A DNA stretch of 64,000 nucleotides from a virus (Duplodnaviria > Heunggongvirae > Uroviricota > Caudoviricetes). A model generated the notes under the pieces. The model had not been told where the DNA came from, did not search any database, and saw only the letters and a program-made list of their open reading frames with translations. Below are positions 46,836 through 56,119 of this stretch, in pieces. The stretch's first letter is position 1. Every line of letters begins with the position of its first letter. The DNA is taken from IMG/VR virus record IMGVR_UViG_3300033489_000001, positions 126,023 through 190,022 of that record; one strand, 5' to 3'. The translations under genes were made by a program, and so were the position numbers.

Positions 46836-46993
46836 TTTTTATCTTGCTCTGTGTCTCGTTCTAAAAAAGTTGGTGAGCTAGTTATGTTGGCTAAAAAGGT
46901 ACTGAAAGAATTCATAAGAGTCAAGAAGCGCAAGCTCCCTTTCTAATGGTTTTATCTTTTAACTCTTAGAAATGATCCTTAGGAAAAATTCTC

Positions 46994-47302
46994 ATGCCTA
47001 TTTCAGAAACAAGGGTGAGGTGTATCGACCTCATCAACAAATTTTATGAGGAGAATGGCCTCTCACCGTCCTCCGTTGGAACTTTTAATATAGGAGATGA
47101 TAAAGAAGGAGGTTTTTGTCTCACATATAATTACAAAACGGACCAAGTAGACCGATCGCTTATAATTGAGGTTTACGATGACGGGGACGTTGCGGTAATC
47201 GTGATTGATAACCTAATAAAAACGACTATTTACAATGAAGATATAATCGAAATGAATTTTGAAAAGGCAATTTTTCAATTTATTGGAAAAGAAAGGTTGT
47301 AG
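46994..47302 (+). CDS. hypothetical protein
   Basis: 102 aa. Confidence 0.45.
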   Translation: MPISETRVRCIDLINKFYEENGLSPSSVGTFNIGDDKEGGFCLTYNYKTDQVDRSLIIEVYDDGDVAVIVIDNLIKTTIYNEDIIEMNFEKAIFQFIGKERL

Positions 47303-47304
47303 CT

Positions 47305-47991
47305 TTGCCAAAAAATGATGTAGAAAATATAATTGGTGAATTGTCTTTAGCTTTTATTGATTCTTCTTTATATGTATTAGGCCTGAGAGATTCTTACACA
47401 TCTAGTCATTGTGCGAATGTAGGCATGATATCCGCGAAGATAGCCCAGAATATGGGACTTTCGGATGAGTTTTCTGAAGAGATAGCTCTAGCGGGTAGGG
47501 CTCACGATATTGGTAAGATTGTTTGGCCCGATCGTTGTTTTACGGATGCCAAATTAGAAGACCTTTGTGACTGTAAGCTTTTGATGGCAGAGCATCCAAC
47601 TTACAGCAAGGCTTATTTGTGTAAAGCTTTGGAGCCTTTGTATCGTGACAAATGCAAGCCTAGGTGGGTGCATTGGGTGTGGTTGCATCATTGGGGGTAC
47701 AGTGAAGAGTTTCATAAGAATCCAAAACCAAGCGATGTCACTTCTCAAGTACATTTGGATGAGGAGTTCGAGTTAGGTTTCTGTATACTTCATGTGGCAG
47801 ATGCTTTTCACGCGGGGACCTCTGTACGAAAGTATCGAGGTGCTGATCCAAAGGATGTTAGAGTTGTGTTAGATGAGTTGATAACCGGGAGTGGGACTAA
47901 TTACAACCCGGAAGTTGTCGCACAAATGCTAAAAATGGAGAAATGGTTAAACGGAGTATGTGATTACAACAACCGAGGTAGGGTATCATGA
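47305..47991 (+). CDS. HD-domain phosphohydrolase, HD-GYP-like with degenerate GYP motif
   Basis: 228 aa; H...GRAHDIGKI and HVADAFHAGTSVRKYRG resemble HD-GYP; WLHHWGYSE in place of HHExxDGxGYP. Confidence 0.6.
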   Translation: MPKNDVENIIGELSLAFIDSSLYVLGLRDSYTSSHCANVGMISAKIAQNMGLSDEFSEEIALAGRAHDIGKIVWPDRCFTDAKLEDLCDCKLLMAEHPTYSKAYLCKALEPLYRDKCKPRWVHWVWLHHWGYSEEFHKNPKPSDVTSQVHLDEEFELGFCILHVADAFHAGTSVRKYRGADPKDVRVVLDELITGSGTNYNPEVVAQMLKMEKWLNGVCDYNNRGRVS

Positions 47992-48239
47992 ATCTTTTGT
48001 GTCCAAAAATAATCTGTGCTGGCGAGATGAAACAAAACGGCGGCGGTAGGCACATATGCAAAAAATGTGGACTAGAGGTTGGGGATCAAGACGATTGGTG
48101 GAATAAGGCAGAACAGTTTCAAAAAGAAGCCTGTATTAAAGTCTTAGGCCAATCTAACGGGAAAAACGGTACAGGGAAAAGATCCTCTAATCCTTCCAAA
48201 CCCTCTAGACCTTCCCGTCCTACTACTATCCCCGTTTAA
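47988..48239 (+). CDS. Zn-ribbon protein with basic/Pro-rich tail
   Basis: 83 aa. Confidence 0.45.
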   Translation: MNLLCPKIICAGEMKQNGGGRHICKKCGLEVGDQDDWWNKAEQFQKEACIKVLGQSNGKNGTGKRSSNPSKPSRPSRPTTIPV

Positions 48240-48250
48240 TTTTAATCCCC

Positions 48251-48538
48251 TTAGCTATCATCATCCATTTGCGGCCTGTAATCAGGATCCCGGTAGCCAC
48301 GATTTTCTCCAAACTTTTTCTTGAGCCTCTCTTGTCTAGGACCAAGAACATCCCAATTGTATTTAGTCCCCGGCCGCTCAGAGATTGTTACCCATGTGGC
48401 ACAAGAATCAATGGTGATAGTTTGAACACGGACCTTACCCCCTTGAAAGTCATGACGGCCGTAACTTAAATAGGCAGAAGTGTCCACGTATATTTCATCG
48501 CCAACATTGGGGATTGGAATTCTTTTATCACTAGGCAT
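48251..48538 (-). CDS. hypothetical protein
   Basis: 95 aa. Confidence 0.45.
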   Translation of the reverse strand: MPSDKRIPIPNVGDEIYVDTSAYLSYGRHDFQGGKVRVQTITIDSCATWVTISERPGTKYNWDVLGPRQERLKKKFGENRGYRDPDYRPQMDDDS

Positions 48539-48725
48539 TCACTACCTCCAATTCTACGTCGGTTACCGTTGATTCGTGGTGGGCACATTCTTCACATAGG
48601 TACCAACCATTCCCTAAACAATCAGGCACATTGCCTAGGATTGATTCTGGGGTAAAAGATTCGCAAGCATCTTCTACAGACACTCTCTTAGGGAAGGCAT
48701 ATGTCGCTCTACGATAGCAGCTCAT
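48531..48725 (-). CDS. Cys-rich small protein
   Basis: 64 aa. Confidence 0.4.
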   Translation of the reverse strand: MSCYRRATYAFPKRVSVEDACESFTPESILGNVPDCLGNGWYLCEECAHHESTVTDVELEVVNA

Positions 48726-48897
48726 GGAGTTACCTCTTCTTACGATGGAGCCTAGTCAGACCTTTTATGAAAGGGTTGTCCGTTTCTTTCGCCTGCGGGG
48801 GGCATTGTGCCTGTAGTCAAGATTGTACTGACCATGCCTAAAGCACGGAGCTGTCTGTTTTCTATTCTGAGTAACTCTATTAATTCTGATTGAGGCA

Positions 48898-49236
48898 TTA
48901 GTTTTTACCCTGGTTGTTAAAGCAAACAAGGCAGATAATCCTTACTTTGTTTTTGAGTTGGGCTCGTTGGGCGAGAATCTCCTGACTAGAAGGGGAAATG
49001 CTGATTTTGTTTTTACAGATTTCACAAACTCCGGTGGTTGATCCTTCAACAATCGCCGGGTCCCCTTCCACATGTCGCAAATACAGCATGATAAGAGGTT
49101 TTGAGTTTTCAACAAGTTCTTCCGTGCTCTTAACTCTTACGCCTAATTGACCCAACCTTTCACGAATTTTGTTCTCAATTAGTTCTTTCGTTGCGTCTTC
49201 TTCTGTTTTGGTGCGATCCATTATAGTCCTCTCCAT
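48898..49236 (-). CDS. hypothetical protein
   Basis: 112 aa; CxxC pairs. Confidence 0.45.
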   Translation of the reverse strand: MERTIMDRTKTEEDATKELIENKIRERLGQLGVRVKSTEELVENSKPLIMLYLRHVEGDPAIVEGSTTGVCEICKNKISISPSSQEILAQRAQLKNKVRIICLVCFNNQGKN

Positions 49237-49517
49237 TTGGATCTAGGCTTGGACGCTGGATAGTTAAGATCTCCCGGTAGTAGAATCACCAGGTCTTTAC
49301 ACTTACTATTCCCAGTTGTTCGTACGGTATGAATGCGTCCGCCTTTTTGTGGCTGATCTAAAGTCACTGAAACGTAGTCTTTTGTTCTTTGTTGCATATT
49401 GACTTGTTCTATGAGGGTAGCCGTGTTTTCGTAACGTCCACCTAATTTTTTAAGTACTCCGTCTTCATCAGCGTAGTACCATTTTCGTAAACTAACAGTC
49501 ATACTGGATCGTGTCAT
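49221..49517 (-). CDS. hypothetical protein
   Basis: 98 aa. Confidence 0.45.
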   Translation of the reverse strand: MTRSSMTVSLRKWYYADEDGVLKKLGGRYENTATLIEQVNMQQRTKDYVSVTLDQPQKGGRIHTVRTTGNSKCKDLVILLPGDLNYPASKPRSKWRGL

Positions 49518-49540
49518 TGGAGAGCTTGGGCTATAGCTTT

Positions 49541-50323
49541 TTACTCAGCCATAACCTTCCGCAGAGCTTTCTTATTGAAACCGTTTGAAGAAGACCAACA
49601 GTGCCTATCGTCAACATCCCAATTCAAGTTGTAAATACTGCTTTCATTTTCAGCATACAGTTCCCCGTTTGCTTCAACAATTGCGGCGGATATTAGACCC
49701 CCGAATAAAGATTGGAACACAACCTCAGTCCCAGGTTTCAAGGTTCTATCTTTAATGGGGCCTTCAAACTTAAGCTGCTTGAGATAGTTGTTCCATTCCT
49801 CTTCGGTCTTCGGCTTTGGTAGGTCAGGTTTATGGTAAACCTCTACGCCTTGATAATTCCGTACATAGAAGCCCACTTCTTCTGATGTGTGGCTTGGTTC
49901 TTGCTGGAGAGTACCTACAGGAGTAAGATCTCCTCCGTAAGGAGACCTTACCGAAACCTCAGCGCCTAGTTTAAAGCATATATCTTCATCCGGTTCTTGA
50001 GACTTTTTTGGTGCAGGTATAACCTCGATTAATCCACGTGGGGGCAGTACGCCAACATATTTGAGCGGTGCGGTTACGTAGTTTTCTTTTGAGCTGGACA
50101 TTTGTTCTTCGGGAGCTAAGACCCAAAACCAAGATGGATCCCATTTGTCATCAACATCAATGAGGGAATGGTCGTCAAAAGTCGTTAAGATGTTCCAGCC
50201 ATTTTTAGTGTCCACATGGCCGGTCCCAGAAATCCATTTGGCTGCTTTAGAGGGGTCGGGCCTAAGGATCACTATGTTCGCCCACTTATTAATGGTCAAT
50301 CTAGGATCAGTCGAATTCCACAT
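49541..50323 (-). CDS. hypothetical protein
   Basis: 260 aa. Confidence 0.55.
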   Translation of the reverse strand: MWNSTDPRLTINKWANIVILRPDPSKAAKWISGTGHVDTKNGWNILTTFDDHSLIDVDDKWDPSWFWVLAPEEQMSSSKENYVTAPLKYVGVLPPRGLIEVIPAPKKSQEPDEDICFKLGAEVSVRSPYGGDLTPVGTLQQEPSHTSEEVGFYVRNYQGVEVYHKPDLPKPKTEEEWNNYLKQLKFEGPIKDRTLKPGTEVVFQSLFGGLISAAIVEANGELYAENESSIYNLNWDVDDRHCWSSSNGFNKKALRKVMAE

Positions 50324-50339
50324 ATCTGTTTCTCCAAAA

Positions 50340-50639
50340 TTAAATCAGGCCACGCTTTCTGCCCCAAGCGAGCCACGCCTCAACCGCCTCAGTAAAGTTA
50401 GCCCCTGGTGGGACCGGATCTTCCCCGGTAATGGATTTAAGTGCCCAAAACCAGTGATCTGGTTGTCTCTGCAATTCTGCGAGGATAAGAGGAACTACGT
50501 CAGGCCCCAGCGCAATGATTTGTTGGTATGCAGGATGTCGAACAATACGCTCTAGCATGGATTGAGCGGCTGTATTGTGCTTCCAACTATTGGTTAACAG
50601 CCTAAATTCCTCCTCTAAGCTTTTGAGCGGCGGTGTCAT
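50340..50639 (-). CDS. hypothetical protein
   Basis: 99 aa. Confidence 0.45.
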   Translation of the reverse strand: MTPPLKSLEEEFRLLTNSWKHNTAAQSMLERIVRHPAYQQIIALGPDVVPLILAELQRQPDHWFWALKSITGEDPVPPGANFTEAVEAWLAWGRKRGLI

Positions 50640-50643
50640 TACA

Positions 50644-51531
50644 TTAATCAGTCCACATGACCCCGTTGCTCCCTAGCGCCCCACTGACCTCGTTGTTGCG
50701 TACTACTTCCCGCCATTGGCTGAAGGAAACGGTCTTGTGATCCTTATGACGAACCTTGCCTCGGATGAACACTTTTCTTTGCCGTACAGGAACTTGTCCC
50801 TTTTCGCTTCCGAGTGCGTTAAACTGGTCGCTGATATGAATCAGCTCATCGGCCGTGTGTGGATTGCCTTGCCGTCCCATGAACTTGCCGATGGACTGCT
50901 TGGGTTGAATGACCACTTTGTTGACCTTTAGTAGCTCCTCAAGGGTTTCCCGTTGCTCCCTCGTTGTTTCTAGGAAGAAATACTCGCCTTGCCGATCAAT
51001 GGAGGAGCCCCTTCTTTGGCCTTCTGCTAGTTGGATGCTTTTTCCTAAGAGCCTTCGAGCTTCTTCTACCGTGGTAGCCGGGCCGGTCAATTGAGCAATG
51101 AACAGTTGCCGTTCATCAACCCCCATCAAGAAATAGCGGGTAGCTTTAGGAGTGAAGCGCCTAAGAACAATGGTAGCTTTTTTTAGTTCAACCACATCCC
51201 TATTTGTTAAATTGTGTTCCGTTAGAAACTCTGGTAACCATCCCTTTTTTCTTTGCACGGATCTTATAGAAAGCTCTTCATGGAACTCTTGTTCGCCTTC
51301 TTTCACCAGAAGGACTAGTTGTCTTCGCTTTTTATCCGTGCCCCGAACTTGAAGGGTAGTTTCTTTTCCAGGATAGATCCGAAACCACTCTTCTCGGAGG
51401 GCATAATTTCTACGAGATCTTTGAATGTCAATTTGGACAATGTTTTCCATTCCGCGTCCAGTGCGGATAGGGTCGATCAAAACTTTCAAGACTAGACCGG
51501 CCTTTTTGAAGGCATTAATTAAACTTTCCAT
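50644..51531 (-). CDS. hypothetical protein
   Basis: 295 aa. Confidence 0.55.
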   Translation of the reverse strand: MESLINAFKKAGLVLKVLIDPIRTGRGMENIVQIDIQRSRRNYALREEWFRIYPGKETTLQVRGTDKKRRQLVLLVKEGEQEFHEELSIRSVQRKKGWLPEFLTEHNLTNRDVVELKKATIVLRRFTPKATRYFLMGVDERQLFIAQLTGPATTVEEARRLLGKSIQLAEGQRRGSSIDRQGEYFFLETTREQRETLEELLKVNKVVIQPKQSIGKFMGRQGNPHTADELIHISDQFNALGSEKGQVPVRQRKVFIRGKVRHKDHKTVSFSQWREVVRNNEVSGALGSNGVMWTD

Positions 51532-51610
51532 TGTACCTGCTCCAATTGGTAACCAGTGATATTACACCGATTTTTTAGAGCGTCCAACGAAATATTAAAT
51601 AGACGGCTTT

Positions 51611-52042
51611 CTAGTCGGACCAAATTTCTGGCCTAATTTCGAATGGGTCTACATCAACATTTGTGCTCTCAGCAAGCCGTAACGCCTTCCTAGCGCCCTC
51701 CAATTGCTCTTCTAATATTTTGATTTGACTACGCTTGCGTGCTTTGAAGGAGATTAGAGCTTCTTCTTTGGTCAAACAGGCGAACTTCTTTCGGGATTCA
51801 AATAGAACAAAACGTTTTAAGTGAGTAAATTTACTTATCAAGATCCAAACGCCTTTTGCCGTTTGTTTGAATACCGGGAATTCTCTTAGTTCTAGCTGTA
51901 CACTGCACCCTGGAATAGGATCATCCCACTCGTCCACGCCTAGGGAGTAGCGGACTTCTTCATACCTGTATAGGTACCCATCGTGTTTTTGGAGAAGGTG
52001 ATCCCAAAGAGTTTTAGGTTCTTCTTGCTCGGTTTCTGTCAT
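51611..52042 (-). CDS. hypothetical protein
   Basis: 143 aa. Confidence 0.5.
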   Translation of the reverse strand: MTETEQEEPKTLWDHLLQKHDGYLYRYEEVRYSLGVDEWDDPIPGCSVQLELREFPVFKQTAKGVWILISKFTHLKRFVLFESRKKFACLTKEEALISFKARKRSQIKILEEQLEGARKALRLAESTNVDVDPFEIRPEIWSD

Positions 52043-52060
52043 CCCAAGTTAGCTTCTTTT

Positions 52061-52564
52061 TCAGTATGGATCGCGAGATATAAGGATCGCTGGCCATATC
52101 CAAATACCTACGCCAAGGATAAAGACAAACCAATATTTCGTCCACATATAATCATCAGCAGGATTAGGTAACTCACGGATGGTTCCGCGAATATCGCTCA
52201 AAGCAACTTGGTACGCCGTTTCGTTTTTAGAGATATCCTTGATAGATTGCAACCGTTCTAAAATTCGGTTCAAAGCCTTGTAATGAAGAGCGAGGTCGTT
52301 GGCCGGAGTTGTAAAAACCAACGCGAAGTGCCCTGTGGTCATCTCCCTAGTCTCTAAGTTATGCTTGAGTTTCGAAAGGTACTCAACCATGTCTTCCCGA
52401 TCAGCAGCTACTTGAGCACGGTCTATCAAGGCATCCGTGTCATAATTGAGGCTATACCAGGTTGGAGTTATAAATAATACTACTAAAACCGTAACAATTG
52501 ACGAAACAATCAATGCAATTTTCATTTGAGAAAAACTTTTTCTTCGCCGTTTAGAGGGTTCCAT
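52061..52564 (-). CDS. two-TM membrane protein
   Basis: 167 aa; hydrophobic helices at both ends. Confidence 0.5.
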   Translation of the reverse strand: MEPSKRRRKSFSQMKIALIVSSIVTVLVVLFITPTWYSLNYDTDALIDRAQVAADREDMVEYLSKLKHNLETREMTTGHFALVFTTPANDLALHYKALNRILERLQSIKDISKNETAYQVALSDIRGTIRELPNPADDYMWTKYWFVFILGVGIWIWPAILISRDPY

Positions 52565-52692
52565 AGTGGCAAGCAGAATGGTTCATCTTTATGCTTATTA
52601 CACCGAAAATTTTAATGTGTCAAGTAAAGGTTTTTTCTGGTGTAACTAGCTTTTATCTTTATTGGATCTAGTATACCTAAAGCGAGAAACAA

Positions 52693-53211
52693 ATGACCAC
52701 AGAAACACAAACGAAAAAGACGAAAAATCGTAAAAGTCCATTTAAAGTTCTTACTAATAACCAACGTATTTTAGAGGAATTCAAGAAGAGATCACCGGAC
52801 GTCTGGTTTAATTTTGATGAGATAAACTCTTGGGCCTTTATCTCTGGCTTAAGTGCTGCTGTTAAGTCCGGTATTTTGCTCAAACTAACACAAGATGGTT
52901 TCCTTGAACGGAGAACAAAACTAAGGGGTATTGAGGGGCGGCACCCTTACGAGTACAGGTTCCGTAAAGGATCTATTCGGAATGCAAGCTATTACTTACG
53001 TCTACCTTATTCGCGAGTTTTTGTTCCAGAAGAATCTGGGGGTTTTTCTACAAGGATTTTAGAATTCCCTGGTTGTTTTTCTGAAGGCGAGACCTTAGAA
53101 GAAGCCTACAAGAATTTAGAGGAAGCAGCACGGTGCTGGTTGAATGCTTGCATTGCACAAGGTACTGCTATTCCTCTCCCCGGCATCCCCTGTTTTACTC
53201 GTATCCCCTAA
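52693..53211 (+). CDS. HicB-like (UPF0150) domain fusion protein
   Basis: 172 aa; C-terminal EFPGCFSEGETLEEAYKNLEEAARCWL typical of HicB antitoxin fold; basic N-terminal domain. Confidence 0.5.
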   Translation: MTTETQTKKTKNRKSPFKVLTNNQRILEEFKKRSPDVWFNFDEINSWAFISGLSAAVKSGILLKLTQDGFLERRTKLRGIEGRHPYEYRFRKGSIRNASYYLRLPYSRVFVPEESGGFSTRILEFPGCFSEGETLEEAYKNLEEAARCWLNACIAQGTAIPLPGIPCFTRIP

Positions 53212-53275
53212 TCCTTTAGGAAAAACAACATTCGTCTAATGTAAGCCCCTTTTATGGAGGAAAACGTATACCCTT

Positions 53276-53473
53276 ATGAGTCTATTGGACATACTAATAG
53301 TTTTAGTGATCGTGGGTGTAGTCCTGCATTTAGTTAATACGTATATACTCATGGCTCCTCAGATAAAAAAGATACTAAACTTTGTTGTTATACTCTTTGT
53401 ATGCTTATGGTTATTACAAGAGTTTGGGCTTCTCAATTCACTTGGAATCATTCACGTCGGGCAACATCGGTAG
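53276..53473 (+). CDS. small two-TM membrane protein
   Basis: 65 aa. Confidence 0.4.
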   Translation: MSLLDILIVLVIVGVVLHLVNTYILMAPQIKKILNFVVILFVCLWLLQEFGLLNSLGIIHVGQHR

Positions 53474-53620
53474 CGAAGTACGCTTTATAGAACGAGGCAA
53501 AAAAGTTTCCTCTTGACTTACTTCGCCCTTCTTGATACTCTTTTTGCTGGCTCTCAACGGTGAGCTTAAAAACTAAACGAGGTTGCGTTTGTAACCCAAC
53601 CTCGTAAAAAAGGAGTTCTT

Positions 53621-54244
53621 ATGTCAAACAATACCTCTATAACGGGGGAAATGTCTATTTTTGATTTTAGTTCGAATTTATCCATAAAGCCATCCTGTGT
53701 TTTGCAGGACAATTGTTGTCCAGAAAGAGTCTTTCACGATAAAAAAGTCAAAGATTTGCTAGACTGGACACCCACAAGCCTAGCCAAATTGAAAAATATG
53801 GGTAGAAAAAGTGTAAGAGAAATTCAAGAGGAATTGGCTAAGCATGGTTTGAAATTGAAAGAGGATCTTATTGAAGTAGTGGAACCCCCTCCTAAACAGT
53901 CAGCACAACTGCCCCCTATGCTCCAAAATGAAATGCTCTACGCCCTGACTTCGGCTGTTTTGAATGCTTTGGCGCTATCTGGCGAACCACAAATCTACAG
54001 CGACGTAGCCCCTATAATTGGCTACTACCATCGCGATCGAAACTTTCATATTCAGCTAGGGCGTTCTTTACGGGAAGATCATGCTAACGGCCGCCCTTTA
54101 CGGGCTTCTTTGGTTATAAACAAAGCCTTAGGTATGCCAGGTGATGCTTATTTTAAGGTGTGCCGGGAACTTGGCTATGTTATTCCGTCCGGAGATGAAG
54201 CTACATTTTGGGCCGAACAACTCAAGCGTCTTGAGAAAATTTGA
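53621..54244 (+). CDS. protein with RNA polymerase alpha-subunit C-terminal-domain-like HhH module
   Basis: 207 aa; VKDLLDWTPTSLAKLKNMGRKSVREIQEELAKHGLKL aligns with rpoA alpha-CTD (L..S.R..N.L...NLGKKSLTEIK..L...GL.L). Confidence 0.5.
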   Translation: MSNNTSITGEMSIFDFSSNLSIKPSCVLQDNCCPERVFHDKKVKDLLDWTPTSLAKLKNMGRKSVREIQEELAKHGLKLKEDLIEVVEPPPKQSAQLPPMLQNEMLYALTSAVLNALALSGEPQIYSDVAPIIGYYHRDRNFHIQLGRSLREDHANGRPLRASLVINKALGMPGDAYFKVCRELGYVIPSGDEATFWAEQLKRLEKI

Positions 54245-54252
54245 GTTTTGTC

Positions 54253-54300
54253 TTGAATTGTTTCTTTTGCCGGTGTAGTAATAGGGGGAAGAGGTAAAAG
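54253..54300 (+). promoter_or_regulatory. M1 promoter motif with Shine-Dalgarno leader
   Basis: TTGAATTGTTTCTTTTGCCGGTGTAGTAATAGGGGGAAGAGG. Confidence 0.65.
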
Positions 54301-55164
54301 ATGCACGTTCAACACGTGGTGTATGGTACCTTATCCGTAAATCTTGAGCCAGATATTACGGTTTTTGTCGGCCTTGAAGGCAAGACTCGGCTTTTAAGGG
54401 GTATCCATGAAGCTGTCCAAAGCCCTGACAAAAAAGTGTGGAACTGGGGAGAAATAAAACCAGAAAATCCTGACGTTTTGAAGCCCTTACTGCTTGACGT
54501 TGATCGCGCTAGGGACACTGGTTTCTATAATGAAAAATCGTTGAACTATTTACAACAGGCTGTTGCTAAAGCTGGCTTCCAACGGGGGCTTACGTTTTTT
54601 CCCACAGAGGAAGGAGTTAAGGTAGCCTTCAACGCATCCGAAGACGGGCAAGCACACTTACGGGTTATTTTCACAAGAATTGCCGAACATCTGTTCTCAT
54701 TGTTTGGAGACCAAAATCCGTTAGATGGTTACGCCCTTGTTCTCATCAATGAACTCGAGCTGTTGTTGCATCCCAAATTTCAATACAACCTTTTACCAAA
54801 ACTCAAGACCACTTTTCCAAAAGTTCAGTTTGTAGTTTCAACTAACTCGCCTTTGATTATATCCACCGTAGACGCTCGTTGTTTGAGGATTATAGAAGAT
54901 GAGAAGGTCTATTCTGTTGGTAGGTACACCTATGGACGTGACGCTAATTCTTTGCTGATTGAGGTTTTTGGTGCTCCAAATAGACCCGTAGAGATTGAGA
55001 AAAAGATTGACAACATTTCTCGGCTTATTGACAGAAATAAGTTAGAGGAGGCCAAGAAAGGCTTAGCCGAGTTGGAATCTATAGTTGGGCCTCACGACTC
55101 GGAAGTCTTGCGTATTAATACGCTTCTGCATTTTCTCGAAGACGATGGAGAATCACAAACATGA
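54301..55164 (+). CDS. AAA_21/ABC-type ATPase-like protein with degenerate Walker A/B
   Basis: 287 aa; C-terminal LVLINELELLLHP...QFVVSTNSPLII matches the AAA_21 signature (ilLiDEPE..LHP...QfiiTTHSP) but has N for D; N-terminal P-loop reduced to VGLEGKT. Confidence 0.6.
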   Translation: MHVQHVVYGTLSVNLEPDITVFVGLEGKTRLLRGIHEAVQSPDKKVWNWGEIKPENPDVLKPLLLDVDRARDTGFYNEKSLNYLQQAVAKAGFQRGLTFFPTEEGVKVAFNASEDGQAHLRVIFTRIAEHLFSLFGDQNPLDGYALVLINELELLLHPKFQYNLLPKLKTTFPKVQFVVSTNSPLIISTVDARCLRIIEDEKVYSVGRYTYGRDANSLLIEVFGAPNRPVEIEKKIDNISRLIDRNKLEEAKKGLAELESIVGPHDSEVLRINTLLHFLEDDGESQT

Positions 55165-55448
55165 GCGGCGGGCATTACGATTATGCACACGGCTATGTCA
55201 GTGACATGGCGGAGACTGTAGAAAAAGAGGCCAGTCACCATGTGGTGTGGGATGTTGGTGCATCTGGAAAAGAGAGCCTAGAGCCTCGTTCTCCTGAGGA
55301 AACAAAAGACCGCCTAGAGATGGCCGAAACATTAAAACGGGCTGCTGAGGCTATGCGGGCGTTGGAATGGTACGATTCCGGAGACAGTGGGGATTGGGAA
55401 GCCGTGAAGGCTGCTTTCAGGCACCTTACCTGTCCGGTCAAAAGTTAG
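55161..55448 (+). CDS. hypothetical acidic protein
   Basis: 95 aa; ATGA overlap suggests translational coupling with the ATPase-like gene. Confidence 0.45.
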   Translation: MSGGHYDYAHGYVSDMAETVEKEASHHVVWDVGASGKESLEPRSPEETKDRLEMAETLKRAAEAMRALEWYDSGDSGDWEAVKAAFRHLTCPVKS

Positions 55449-55706
55449 ATGGAGACTTTATTGACAATATTACGCTATATAGGACAAGGAGTACAAAACA
55501 TATTCCTGTTTCTACTGTTTTGGACTTTTCTGATTGATGTGGTGGGTATAGTTGTAGCTTTCTGCTTCAATAAGACTAAGCCTCCAGCGTTACTTGTTAA
55601 AGTGATGAGTACTTCTGTTATGGCCTTGGCATTATTTGGCTGTTTGTGCATCTTTTTCCATTTAGAGGGTATAGCCAAGTGGTAGTCTTAAACAGGTGAG
55701 CTTGCG

Positions 55707-56096
55707 TTGCGAGATATGAAACCCAACGTTTTATTAGTTGAGCGGCTCCGTCCCATGTGGGATCCGATGGAAGCTATCGGTTTCACACCGGACCTCTCAC
55801 AGATCGAACAGGTGGAACCCTTGCTGATGTTTCGTGAGCGACGTGGTCCTGTATACCATAGGAGACGCATCCGATACTTCATGGATTGCTTACGTAGGGG
55901 TCAAGAATTGGAACCCATTAATGTAGACAATTTTTGCGAAGGCGGATGTATCTATCCAACGCCGATTGTACTTGACGGAAACCATCGCTTCATAGCAGTG
56001 ATCCTTATGAAACAAGAAACGATTGAAGCTGACTATGGGGGCCGCGTTGACTTGTTACGTTACTTGGAAGGTAAGCGTAGAAATCCCCCTCTATAA
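55707..56096 (+). CDS. ParB/Sulfiredoxin-like nuclease-fold domain protein
   Basis: 129 aa; IVLDGNHRFIA matches the ParB-N DGxHR motif. Confidence 0.5.
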   Translation: MRDMKPNVLLVERLRPMWDPMEAIGFTPDLSQIEQVEPLLMFRERRGPVYHRRRIRYFMDCLRRGQELEPINVDNFCEGGCIYPTPIVLDGNHRFIAVILMKQETIEADYGGRVDLLRYLEGKRRNPPL

Positions 56097-56119
56097 GTTG
56101 AGGGAAAGGAGTGTAAAAG

